A stretch of 64,000 nt of DNA from Torpedo marmorata (Eukaryota): positions 107,322,001-107,386,000 of the forward strand of contig OZ360222.1 in assembly GCA_977017645.1 (NCBI GenBank), in the 5' to 3' direction. The position numbers and the translations under genes were made by a program. Positions 12,880-25,650 of the stretch are shown here, in pieces (the first letter of the stretch is position 1; each line of letters opens with the position of its first letter). The notes beneath the pieces are model-generated. The model worked only from the letters and a program-made list of their open reading frames with translations, had not been told where the DNA came from and did no database searches.

Positions 12880-13298
12880 CAGCAGATAAATACAACTTGT
12901 GGCACAGCATTTAGGTAAGTAAAATCCTAGGATCAAATCTTTTTTCTATGCTGAATGAGTGGCTTTCAACAATGGTTAGAATTGGGCCTCTGCAAGTGGT
13001 CTAAGCATACCAGGCTAGGTAAGAGGAGAGAAACTCGCCCAGGACTTCTACTCCTGATTGCTAGCCAGGACCCTGCCTGCAACGATGGTACAAGCAATGG
13101 CTGGAAGAGGACACGATCAGGCTAGGCTGTGATGTTCTCACTGTCAAACAGCCTACCAGCATTGATTGTCTAGGTTTACACATGAAGAATGGCCACACAG
13201 ACGAGGTAGTGCAGGGTTGCCGACATTCATTGATCCGTATCCACTGTGAGTCACTGCCTCCCGGAGATGAAGGGAAAGAAGAGAAAAATTGAAAGAAG
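12880..13298 (+). mobile_element. Ancient AmnSINE2-like SINE relic
   Basis: Colinear blocks CTCCTGATTGCTAGCCAG, GATCAGGCTAGGCTGTGATG, TGTCTAGGTTTACACATGAAGAATGGCCAC and a purine-rich tail resemble the AmnSINE2 consensus as I recall it. Not aligned computationally. Confidence 0.65.
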
Positions 13299-14169
13299 AG
13301 GTTAAAAAGACACCAAGTAACGTGAATAGTTTTAAAAATCAACACAAACATTGAGCAGCAAAGGAAGACAAGGTAGAATGGTAAGGAAACAAAAACACCA
13401 TTTGTACTTGGAAATCATCAAGGCTTTGGACTAAGAATTAGCAACAGGAATAAATAAAAAAATTATGTGCTTTTAGAATCTCAATCTCACCCCATCCCAC
13501 AACAATTTTACACTTTTAACGTATAAAGTACCCAGGATAGGCCAGCAGCACTTCATCACCAAACTCAATTTGTCAGGGAACAAATGAGATTATATTGTGT
13601 AATTAAGCACCAACTTGTATGTCATTTGAACATTCTATCAAATAAAAGGGAAATTTGCTGAGTTTTATGTCATAAAAGCAAAAAAATTACAATTTTTAAA
13701 AAAACATGAAACAAAATTTCAAAATTAACATCTTTTATAAATACCATGCAACAATTTCTTCCTTGTGTAAAAATTCACTCTTTGTAGAGCAAATGCATAA
13801 TGGAAGCTCTATTTAAATTTATAACCATGCCATTCTCTAGTGCAGTATTAATGCCATCACAGCATTGACGTGAAGGAAAAGAAGCACAGTATTGTATAGC
13901 AAACAACATATTGAAAATAGTTATTTCAAACATGCCATTGAGTAAGGAAAGGTTTGTTGTTCAACAAAGTTCTCTAAATTTATCTAGGTCATATAAACAA
14001 TGGAATTATTGTATGGAACATATGGATGAGTTGAAGATAACCACTTTTCTCTGTCTCGCTTGTAATAATATACGGTACATATAATTTAGCTCATTTTTTT
14101 TAAAGTAAATGTTTGCAATGCAAGATGTATTTTTCCTCATGAAATGACATTTACAATTTTGCTACAGAG

Positions 14170-15165
14170 TAGATGAAATGTTTGGATTGGCAACCAGTAA
14201 CTGATAGGTTCCACAGGGATGAATGAATGAGGCCCCAACATTCATTCATATTATGAATGAAATCTCATTTTATTTAATCTATACTGATGACTTGGATGAA
14301 GGGACTGGAGTCAAATTTGCAGGTGGGTTAGCAATTTTGTGAGGAGGGACACAAATAGGTTGGGACTGGGCAAGAAGCTGACAGATGGAATATAATCTGG
14401 GAAAATGTGACCTTACCCACTTTGCAAGGAAGACTGTAAAAGCAAATTATTATTTAAATGGAGTGAGACCACAAGATTTTGCAATGCACGGGGAACTGGG
14501 GACCCCGGTACATGAAACACAAAGGGTTGACGTGCAGGTACAGCAAATATTTGGGAAGGCTAATGGAACATTGGGCTTTATTGCAAGGGATATGGAGTGT
14601 AAAAGTAGGTAAAATTTGATACAACTTTGCAGGGTGGGGATGAGACCCCACCTGGAGTACTGTACACAGCTTTGATTTCCATATTTATGAAAGGATGTAC
14701 AGTACTCATAATGGAGGCAGTGCAGAACATGTTCATTAGGTTGATTCCTGGCATGAAGGGGGTTGAAGATAGTATGGCATCCTATGGCATAGGTGCTCTG
14801 TGGTTAGTAAGGGATTACTTAAGGCGGTATGTGAGTGGGGAAAAAAGGTTGAGAACCACTGCCCTAGTGGGTGTGCCTGGAACAAGGTGCACAGTCTCTG
14901 AATAAGTGGTTGCACGATGTAAGTGGGAGGCGAGGTGGAATTTCTTCTCACAGAAGGTCATGAATCTTTGTAAATCTCTACCTTTGAAAAGAGTGGATAT
15001 GGAGTCATTAAGTACGTTCACAGCCAAGACTGACACTTTAAACCAGTAGGTCAAGGATGATGAGGAGAGAGTGGGGAAAGTGGCATTAAGGCCAGGAGTG
15101 AATGAGCCATGTCCTTGGCAGGAAAAGGTTCTGGGTGCCAACTAACTTACTCCTATTTCTGATGG
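14170..15165 (+). mobile_element. Degraded CR1/HER1-like LINE 3' region
   Basis: Decayed ORF2 C-terminal motifs (W.MEYNLGKC, KANGTLGFIAR, RPHLEYC, FFSQKVMNL) and a CR1-type 3' end with TACTCCTATTTCT. Confidence 0.8.
14770..14862. mobile_element. Right end of a hAT/Charlie-like MITE within the CR1
   Basis: Terminus AAAGGTTGAGAACCACTG (reverse complement CAGTGGTTCTCAACC) followed by CCCTAG. The left TIR is not visible. Confidence 0.6.
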
Positions 15166-17544
15166 AATTCTATACTTTTGCATGGCTCACAATTAAAGGA
15201 AAATGTTTTGCAAAGTAATCAATAAGGCAACATATTTTGATTTTCTGAAAGGGAAATGAATTATTTTTCAATAAAATCTTGAAATAAATTTCAGATATGT
15301 GCTGTAACAGGTGATCATTTACCTGATTACAATATTTTTTTTCTCTCCAACAGATCTTCTAACATTTGGATGAGGTAGGTTGAAATGATCAGATGGCTAG
15401 TGGCACAATTTCTAGGTGCCCCATCAAAATACTGCAGGGTGTAGAACAGGGAGCCCCAATGTTGACTGAGAAGCCAGCACTGACACACATTTGAGATCTA
15501 GGGCGTTACCCCAGATGGAAAAAATAATGCATAGACAACTCACCACAGACCATTTGTTCACGGCACTAATAGGCATCTAAAGAACAGCGTTGGGTTAAAC
15601 CTGTCAGCCATCTACCTGCGTGGAAGTGAATGATGCATGTCCTTGGAAGACAAAAAGGGAGCCCAAGCCAAAAAAAATTACAAATTAGATAATTCATGTG
15701 AACACACTTGTGATTCTTCTTGCCAAAATAAATTTTAATGTGAAGAATAATTTTGACTTGATTCCCTTTGGAATTTTAATTGATTTAGTTGATTTTCTGT
15801 ATTGGAAAAGGAAAAAAAGAATCACAATGTCTCTAAAAATTAATAGGGGAAAATTAGCCTGATTTCCTCCTGTAAACACGAATGCAAATGCTGGCCACTG
15901 GTTATGTTCATTTCCAAATATTCAGCTTCCCAATGAAATTGAACAAGTGCCAGCGAGTTCAACTGGTGACCAAAATGCTCTCATGTGTTCAGAGCTGGTG
16001 ACCATAAATTAATTCCTTCCCACTATTTGTCATTTACTACTGAATGTTGAATAATAGTGCAATAAAGTTTTCTGCCACATTGCTTGAAACACCCAGGATA
16101 TGTTGCCAAAATGCATGAAACATAATTTTGTGAAGGTCAAATAGTTAGCCCAATAAATATATTTTTCTATTGAAGTTAAACAGATCATTTCTATTTTACA
16201 CTACATCAAGTCTCCAAATAAATGCTTCATTAATTACTAATGAAAAGTAGTTTAGACCAAGTGTCATTAAAAGGAAATATCAAGCTTCAAACAGTTTCTA
16301 TTTAATACACAGATCATTATCCATTACCTACTTCCCAGCAGTGAATTATTTTCATCATTTTATTTACATAGTGAAAGGAAGTTCCAGTTTGAAGATCCTT
16401 CATTCATGGCACAGCAGTCATTAACTGCTTTGAAGAGATTAACAGATTTTTGCCACCAGGAAGCTGAAATATTTGCCTTTTCTAATTTTAGTAAAGAGAA
16501 AAAAAATGACAGGAATAAAAAGTGTTATTCTACTTTTTAGTTAATATTAGGATCTCAGCCCTGACGAAATGGAAGTTTTCACAACAACTATCTAAAATCT
16601 ATGTAACGATTAGAGAGGAAGCCTTTTAAGGAATGCTGGAACAGTGGTTGACCATCCTGTGCCTCAACATTTCATTTAATTAGATCAAATCTGAATGCTA
16701 CCTCAACTCCATTCATCAGAGCACTCCTTTATGCCCTTGTCCATCAGAAACTCACCAATCTTGCCACTGAAATGTTCAACTGACCTCTTCTCAATGGATT
16801 TTTATTTTGAGTGGAGGAGAGTGTGGAGGTGGGAAGAGACAGCAGTGGTACACTGGAATTTTAGTTCCAGATTCCAAGCCCTTGGTGAAGGGAAAGTGAT
16901 TCTTAACATTTCCTTTGAGTCACCTCGTTCACAGAAAATATTGGCTCTACATTTAATCATTTAACTCTTTCAGTTCAGTTAAATCACTTCCATATTCAAA
17001 GGATATAGCACTGGTCTCTGGAATCTTGACTCTTAATTCCTCCCATAACTATACTGTTGTATCTGAAGTGTGAAGTGCCGAGAAGTTAGCAAAGTACTAG
17101 ATGAGGTCTATCCTGGGCTTTATGTCACTGTAATTCCATCTCTTTCTATTTCAGTCTTTTAGGGATAAGGCCAATTACATCCTGTTTTGGTAAAAGGTCA
17201 TTAACCTAAAATGTCCACTGCTTCTTTCTCTCTCCGCTGTTGTCTGAACCACCGAGCATTTCTTGTTTTATTTTAAACTCCATTAACCTTTTGAATTATT
17301 TTTTGTACCTATTCACAATGTTGTATTAATTACAAAATATGGATTGCTAAAACTTTGTTCCTATTGTTTCTCGTGTTCAATTTAAAGATTGCACTGACCT
17401 ATATTTCAAGAGAACAAGCTGGGAAAACCACACTGAATGCAGCTTTCTGCAGTTTTGGTGTCTTGTTGAACTTTAGTGCCCTGGTCCAGTCCTTCTCTCA
17501 CCTACACATTCTGCTCACTAAACATGAAGATCCAGTTGTAAAAC

Positions 17545-18606
17545 ACGAAAATCTGTAGACACCATGGTTGAAGTAAAAAACACAAATGCTGGAGAAAGTC
17601 AGCAGGTCAAACAGTGTCTTTTATGTAGCAAAGGTAGAAATACATAACTGACGTTTCGGGCTTGAGCCCTTCATCAAAGTATGAGAAAATGCCGGCAGGC
17701 GTCCGAACAAAAGAGTGAGGGGGGAAGGGGGGGTGGCAAAGGCAGGAGATGATAGGTGGAGAAAGGAGGGAGGGGACAGCAGCAAAGAGGGGGAGGAGGG
17801 ATGGCTGGGTAGGTGGAGAAAAGCAGGAAGGACAGGTGAGGGGGGAGGGGAAGGGAACGACAAGCAGGTTTAGTGGAAAGCAGAAAAGTCAATGTTAATG
17901 CCATCTGGCTGGAGAGTGCCAAGACGGAAAATGAGATGTTGTTCCTCCAATTTGCGGGTAGTCTGGGTGGGATAGTACATGAGGCCATGGACAGACATGT
18001 GAGTGTGGGAGTGTGACCCGGAATTGAAATGGTTGGCTACTGGGAGGTCGCTGTTGTTGCGGACGGAGAGGAGGTGCTCAGCAAAGCGGTCTCCCAATCT
18101 ACGACCGGTCTCTCCGATGTAGAGAAAGCCACAAAGGGAGCACCGGATGCAGTAAATAAGTTCTCTGGATGTACAAGTGAAGTGTAGTTTCACTTGGAAG
18201 GCCTGTTTGGGGACCTGGACCGTGGTGAGGGGGGAGGTGTGGGCGCAGGTGTTGCACCTCCTGCGGGCACAGGGGAAGGTGCCGGGGGTGCGATGGGTGG
18301 GGAGGGATGAGTGCACGAGTGAATCGCGGAGGGAGCGGTCCCTACGGAAGGCCGAGAGGGGAGGAGAAGGAAAAATGTGTCTGGTGGTGGGATCCTGTAG
18401 TAAGTGCCGGAAATTCCGGCGGATAATGTGTTGGATGCGGAGGCTGGTGGGGTGGTAGGTGAGGATGAGGGGGATTCTATGTTTGTTGCGTCTGGGGGCA
18501 GAGGGGGCCAGGGCAGATGAGCGGGAAATGGAGGAGATGCGGGTGAGGGCTGAGTTGATGGTGGTGGAGGGGAGGCCACGTTTGTGGAAGAAGGCAGACA
18601 TTTCAG
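17545..18606 (-). mobile_element. 5'-truncated Penelope-like element: GIY-YIG endonuclease ORF (17870..18601) plus pLTR
   Basis: LIYCIRC...LYIGETGRRLGDRFAEH...EQHLI...GIN is a GIY-YIG endonuclease preceded by a C..C..C linker, typical of Penelope/Poseidon elements. The 3' region recurs at 55315-55510 and 34170-34300. Confidence 0.92.
17643..17683 (-). ncRNA. Minimal type-I hammerhead ribozyme motif in the Penelope pLTR
   Basis: Minus strand CAUACU-UUGAUGA-A-GGGC(UCAA)GCCC-GAAAC-GUC^AGUUAUG. It has both core boxes, stem II, a palindromic ACGU in place of stem III, and a 6-bp bulged stem I. Confidence 0.75.
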
Positions 18607-18692
18607 AAGATCTTCATTCATCCAGTTCTTCATTCAGGTTTAATGAAATAGTGAAAAGCAGAGTTCTCAGTACATGTCCATCACTAGAGATG

Positions 18693-18870
18693 TTGGCCAC
18701 TGTAAATTGACCCCAGTGTATAGAATAGTAGACTATGCAGAACAATGATGGGAATGTGGGGAGAATAAAATGAAATTAATGTATGACTAGTATAAATAAG
18801 TGCTTGATGGTTAGCACAGATTTGGTGGGCCAAAGGGCCTGCTACTATGCTGTACGTCACGAATCTATAA
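18693..18870 (+). mobile_element. Older V-SINE-like 3' half
   Basis: GGCCACTGTAAATTG...GGTGGGCCAAAGGGCCTGCTACTATGCTGTA, a CR1-type tail. Confidence 0.7.
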
Positions 18871-20451
18871 TGTCTTTCCATCTGGACTAAATGGTCATTT
18901 TCCCCACTGTTAACACGGGTGTAGAGGTGATTTTTTTTTTTAAATCGACAGTATTTTGCTACAATTAGCTATTGAGGGAAGAAATGAAGCATTCAAAACA
19001 AAAATACTGAAAACCAAGATTTCCATATTAATATATTTAGAAAATACTGAGATCTGGGAGCACCTGGAATTCATGACCACCAGTTAGGTAAATAAAGGAA
19101 GTCATACTTAAATTGTTTTGCTGTACTGTATTGGATCTAACATTAAATTAACTTTCTATGGTCCAAAAACAAAGGCTACACCTAAGTAAAACAGTACTGA
19201 AGCTAAAAATACACAAGAAAAATCTGTTCTCATCCACTATTTTTTATATTCACATTAAACTCTCCACAAAAATCACCAAGTTTTGATACGTTGCTGATCC
19301 CATATTTTATAGTCAATAATATGGTAACATGCATGATAAGCTACAAATGCTCCAGGAATACAAACCACTTCTTAAATAGGACTGGTAAATGACACCTACA
19401 CCATGCATCTATGCCAATGACACCTTGGATTAGTATCTGCATTATTGCTGTACATCCTTATTTGACATTAATAGTGACAATGAATGCTAGCCACTGCAGG
19501 AAATTAATTTATACAAGACTTAAAGATAGTTGTGCGTATCTTAAAATGGAATTCCTGTGTGTATCTGGAGCTGCAGTAAATGCCTTTTAATCAGAGGTTT
19601 AAAGCCTCTGATTCAAGGCATTATTTAATACTTATTCTCGGAACAAACTGAACAACATAAAAAATACTAGAGGTCAGTGATTATGTACATCTATACACTG
19701 ACTCAGCTACAAAAAAACATTAATAAACCAGATGAATGATACCGAGCATCATTACACAAGTCTCGCTGGGAAACCATGATCAACTTGAAACATTTTTAGA
19801 TTTCATTTCCTGGAAGTCACACTACTTTGCAGGTGCTGTATTCGCTAAATAAAACTTCTCAAAGCTACTGTTGCTGCCTTCACTAAATCACATTAATCCA
19901 ACATTTTATTCCCATTGCATTTAAAGTTAATAAAAACTTAAAAGAAATTCAACAAGGATGTTACAAGCATGTAGGATTAATTTGCCAAGGCTTGTTTTCA
20001 GTTTAACAAAGGGCATCCGATAGACTTTGCCAATCTGAACCAAGTGATATCAAAAAAGGGTCACACACATAGGCAAAGATTCAATGGGTGCTTTATAAAT
20101 GTAGAGAAGGGACAGAATTTTATGTGTGGGAGAAGATTGTGGCTGAGTAATTTGGTCAGTGTAGCGCCTTTCAGGATACAACTGGAGCAAAAGTACAAAA
20201 TGAGCCGGCCAGCACCATCCTATTCACACCATGGGATTTCACACCATTCTAATGTTACCAGTAATAGTAGTTAGTTTAATTTGCAAAATGTAACTTTATA
20301 AACATTTAGACAACAGTGTTGCTTATAAACAGATTTTGCAACTCCAAAACACGATTTTCTGGGTTTTTTTCCAAAGAATTCCGAAGCCCTAATCAATGAA
20401 AGAGACCAAAAAGCAGTTGAATTGTCAGGAAAGAAATGCTTCTAATCCACC

Positions 20452-20920
20452 TAGCAACTTGCATTTATATAGTGCCTTTAATGAAGCAAGACACCCCATG
20501 ACAGCATTATCAAGCAACATTTCACAATAGAACAAACAACGGTAATCAGGGAATCACAAATCACCACAATTGTGGAAGATTGTAGGGATGGAAAAGGACG
20601 TAGATAAAGAGCCAGATAAGGTTATAGATTTGAACCTGTGTAGATCGTTCTTATCTGCCTTGTATTAAGGCTGAACAAGTCACTCATGGGCAATCAGAGA
20701 TAGGCAACAAATACAAGTGTTGCTAGCGGCACCACATCTCCAAAACTTATTTTTTAAAGCATAATCAGATTGAAATGCAGCAAATTATCTGTAAACACAA
20801 GGCAGGCATTCTCCATGCAGCAAGATCCCATGAAAAGCAATGAGATGGAATGGATTAGTTAATCTGTTTCAAATGTATTGGCTGAGGGAGGAATATTAGT
20901 TGAGAACTTTTTGATCCTTA
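20452..20920 (-). mobile_element. Relics of Deu-domain SINE (SacSINE1/AmnSINE1-like) and L2-type tail
   Basis: TTGCATTTATATAGTGCCTTT (reverse tail, ~20459) and GCAAGATCCCA..AGCAATGAGAT..AATCTGTTT..TTGGCTGAGGGA (20820-20890) resemble the Deu domain from memory. Confidence 0.5.
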
Positions 20921-22809
20921 GGTGGAAATTAAAAGTTAAAATGGTGAGGCTCAGAATTTATATTTTAATAAGGATATATTTCTTGAATCATACATAACTT
21001 TACATCACTGTGCCCATAGAGCCTATCCCCTCTAGGATAGAAAACATTATTTTTCTTTCTTCCCTTTATTTTTCTGTTGTTACTTTGTTTGTTAGTTATG
21101 AATTCTTACATTTCTAGTGGAATTTCAAGGATCTGTGAAACTAATTATTTTTTAATGTGACATATAAAGTGAAACAATGCATACCTTTAAAAATATAAAC
21201 ATATGCAAATCACAAAGAATCAGTCAAAAATAAAACATCCTAAAAACAGACCTACAATTTTCAACTCTTAAGAAGGGAACACTCTACTTAATGACAACTT
21301 TGCAAATGTCTGCAGCTTTCAAAGGCTGACCGTTATAAAATGGTGGCATTTGGATTTGTTAAACCATTCTTATCGATAAAATGTAACTGAATAACAGCAT
21401 CAGCAAAACAAAGTGTTGCATCAGTCACAACTTTGAGATCTTGGTATGGCAGGGGGAGGGTTTAAAATGCTTTGTGAATCAGCAACACAGAGCTTTACAG
21501 GTGTGTCTCCCTTATTACCCACCCTCTCCATTTACAAAAGCAAAAACTATCTGTTTCTTTAAAAATGTACATAAGTATTTAAAATGTGACATCGTTGTTT
21601 TAACAATTCAACCTATGTAAAAACAAAGGAAGTAAACATATCCAAAATTTATGAGAACATGGGGTCACACTTGTATATGGTTTTACGGTGGTGCCTTACA
21701 TGTTATGCTTGTCACATAAATCTGCTCATGAAATTCTCATAAACGCACAAAGGGCTTACAGGTTCACGATTTTATAATGCAATTAATGTGTAACAGTATG
21801 GGAAAGCCACCATTTCAATTTGCCACTTTGCTTGTAGTGTTTGAGCTACATGGTACATGCACCTATGATTTGTTTGATGTATGATTTTTGGCAAAGAGAT
21901 GTCAATAGCAGCACACTAAGATTTAAAGCTAGTCTTCTCCAGTTGGCAAGACTAAATCTGGAGCAACTGCAACAACAATGTTAAATTTAAAACAATTATA
22001 AATTAATTTGACAGTTTAAAACTCACACTGAAAGAAAAAAGCCTTACTGGAAATTTGAAAAATATACTCAGAAAATTAGCATTTGAAAGGTCAAAATAAT
22101 ATTTTAGGTTACTTTCTAGATTCTGTTATGTATTTTCAATATTTGGTGCTTTATAACCTACATTTTTCATAAATAGTTTAAATTTTGATGAAAATAGTAT
22201 TATAATTGTATCCTTTTGTGCTCAAACCATATGAGGACTCTCAAACAGGATTTTTCTGGACAAGAATATGTAGAAACTCAGTTATTTCATAATATCTTCC
22301 CAAAAGTCTATTTTTTTTTTTGGTTCGGCACAGGTCATGTATACAAATAATTCCAACATTTTTGACAAAACACTCAATCCCCTTCTAAATAAGTGAGACA
22401 AGTAAAGCAAAAGGAAGTGTGCACTAATATAAATCTGCTTTCATTGAACTGAAAAAGACAGAAATAAATGATTCCCTAGTTACTCTACAGATTTAAAAGG
22501 TTCATCTATAACCTGGACATCCAAATCAGATACCAAAATATTTAGCTAGTGCAGTAAAAGATCATTTTAAAAAAAAGCTACAAGATACTCCAAGTGATAT
22601 TAGCAGAAAAGCATTTCGGACATTTCTATGCCACATAATTCCTGAAATAATTATATACAGAGGAATTACATGTAAATATAATTACATGGCTTGCTAATAT
22701 TGTCACGGGTAATTTCTAGCATGGATTTGTTTAGTTAAAAGTAAGAAAAAAAATCTAACATTGAGCCTCAACATAAATTTTAACATTTATGATAGGATCA
22801 AATTTACTG

Positions 22810-23240
22810 CCTTCCCTAATGGGTCAGTGGGTTAAGCCACTGTGGCAAAATTGGTCTTTACCAGTGATGCAAAACATATTCAAAGCAAATCAGCAGGCTG
22901 CTTTATACTGTATTTGATTTTCCATTCCACTGAAATCAATTGCTTGCACTGCAAAACAGGCTGCCAAACTGAAAGCTCATTTTTCTGTGAGTGGCAAAAT
23001 CCAATTTTACTCCCATTGCATAGCTGACCCAAATAGTATGAAGATCCCAGCTGCGGTTGCAAGCTTGTGCCAAGTCAGTAGATGCCAACCAAAGGAAGAA
23101 GGAATAATCCTAAAATTAACCTCAGTGCACTCGGGAGCAGGGAAACATTAGCCAGCCAGGATCCCAGCTCACTCCAGTTACTCTTGCTGCACAAGGGCAA
23201 GACAGAAGCAGTCACACTGCAATGCCTTTTATAATCAAGA
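22810..23240 (+). mobile_element. Possible second AmnSINE2-like relic (head ~22810-22845, body ~23113-23240)
   Basis: TTCCCTAATGGGTCAGTGGGTTAA head and AATTAACCTCAGTGC..AGCCAGGATCCCAGCTC body, heavily diverged. Confidence 0.4.
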
Positions 23241-24606
23241 GGTCTGTGGCATTCAATGTCTCAATGCAATTCTGAAGAATATCATGGTGGGGAAGGTATA
23301 TGGCTTCAGCAGAAACAAGAATATGGCCAACAATATAATTTACATACCGTAATTTTAAAATATTAACTAAAATATACATTTGTACATTTCCTCATATTAC
23401 ACCCTTGTATGAAAAGCATGAAACTATGAGCAATCCCTATAAACAAATCAATTAAAAGGAAATTCAAATCAGCGTCTCAGATGCTCAATAAGTAAATTCA
23501 CTGCCCACTGCCATACTGAGTCATGCAAACCAAATTCAATCTACATCCTACACCAAAGTGGTTGATGTAGATGATGGAGACAAGAACAAATGAAGTCAGC
23601 ATCCGAAATAGGACAAAGAATAAAATCATCCCTGTATTCTGTACTATCCTGTACATAAGTACATTACTCAAGATCGAATTGGATTCTCCACATCTTCAAA
23701 GCCACACATCATTATATCATTGCATTAAAATAAAGAACCAAAACTGAAAAATATGTTTGAAAGCACATTTGTGTCCTGAAGAGAATTTGTAGGGCTGTAA
23801 TTTCTCAAGTTTCCTATGAAAGAGATGACCCCAAGTTGTGCAAGTTAAATTTCCCTGCACCTGGTTGAGGCACTGCAATTCCACCAAACAAGTTTATGTG
23901 TTATTTTTCCAAGTCAGGACATCAACTCTCAAAGAAAGTACTTTTTGAGTAAAAGGTGCAATGTTGGCAGTACCATTAGAACAACTAAAAAAAATGCTGA
24001 CTCACCTCATGGTAGGTCCAAATATTTGGACCTAACAATTAATTGATCTGTTGCAATTTATTTAAAGAGGTAGTGCTTGTATTTTCAACTCCCACCTGAT
24101 CAACATTTAACTCTAAATGTGCACAAGTATGAAGATTAATCATGCACTTTTAGTCAGGAGGAATTGTGGAAGAGAAATTGGTATCGATTAATCGATTAAT
24201 CTTTTTTTAGACATTGTTAGTTACAAAGAATTTATTGTATGCTTCATTCATTTTTTTTCAAGTATTATCACATTTTTTTGGATAGCCAATAATCTACTCA
24301 ATCCAGCTATATAGCCATTAACCCCTCACCCATGCAGGAAACAAACCTGCACATGGCACACAGTGAATTTCCTGGTTGTCTGATATGTTAAACCCTTTCT
24401 TCGGGTAGGAAATTTTCTGCAGCATGCTACCAAACTCTATATGGGTCAGAGAAAGGGGTCATTGCAGAAATAAACTCAGCTGGAGCAAAAGCTATGTACT
24501 TTAATTTTGCCATACAAAAACAAAGAACTAAATAAATTTAAAAACTAAAATAATGAGGAAAGCAATAAATAAGCACACACAAGGTTCACCAATTAGCTTT
24601 AAATTT

Positions 24607-24612
24607 TTTATT
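24607..24612 (-). terminator. Candidate polyadenylation signal AATAAA of BCL11A
   Basis: AATAAA at the end of the conserved UTR block, with GT/T-rich sequence downstream on the minus strand (TGTGTGTGCTTATTTATTG). Confidence 0.65.
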
Positions 24613-25312
24613 ATTTTTTTCATAAAGGGACAAAATGGGCATGTGAACAGGATAATGCAGACAACTGCCAAAACACAGACAGTGGTTTCCAAAAGACTCC
24701 TGAACTTAACAAAGACCAGAAACAAATACAATAAAAGCCAGGTTGTAATGACCTTTGGTCATCTAAACAAAACAAAATAAAAAATAAAATGAAAAAAAGA
24801 TCAATTTAGTGCATCTGTTTTAAACAGCGCACATAAGCAATAATAAATAGTGAATCCCATAGTAAAAGATAAATGTCAAGTTACAACAACAGCTTTTATT
24901 ACAGGAATAGAAAAGGCCGATAACAAAATATTCTGCATTGCCATTTACAAAAAAGTATTGACTCAAGCGGCTTTAATATGCTTTGCATATGAAATTTTCC
25001 CAATCTAAATATAAAGCACCATTTCGTTTTTGGCAATGAAAAAACTGCAAACATTTAATTTACTGCATATGAAGTTAGATGCTGGAATGTAGTAGGTGAG
25101 AGGTTAGGAGACAGAAGCACACTACAGAACAAACATTAGCTTGCAGTACTGTATACAGTATGGCAGCAGGAAGGGAAAGATATGTACAACCATCCACTTT
25201 TGACCATTGGCGCGACGTTCTAATGTTTCCCCAAGCAGCCGTTATACGACCTCTTATCTGTACAATGTCACGGGTGTATTCTTTTTTTGTTTATTTTTTT
25301 GTTGAAACATAC

Positions 25313-25469
25313 NNNNNNNNNNNNNNNNNNNNNNNNNNNNNNNNNNNNNNNNNNNNNNNNNNNNNNNNNNNNNNNNNNNNNNNNNNNNNNNNNNNNNNNN
25401 NNNNNNNNNNNNNNNNNNNNNNNNNNNNNNNNNNNNNNNNNNNNNNNNNNNNNNNNNNNNNNNNNNNNN
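25313..25469. other. Assembly gap (157 N)
   Basis: Run of N characters. Confidence 1.
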
Positions 25470-25567
25470 GAACATTTATTTCAAATAACCATTCTAGAAA
25501 TACAGAAAAGTAGAGACCATAAATGTGTTTAGCATAGGAATCAACATGTGTGCATTTTTCTATAGTT

Positions 25568-25573
<6 letters not shown>

Positions 25574-25648
<75 letters not shown>
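25574..25648. repeat. Compound (TA)n(TG)n(TA)n microsatellite in the 3'UTR
   Basis: Directly visible. Confidence 0.98.

Positions 25649-25650
<2 letters not shown>

Noticed and set aside
25160-25532. ORFs spanning X residues
   Set aside because: Artefacts of the N gap.
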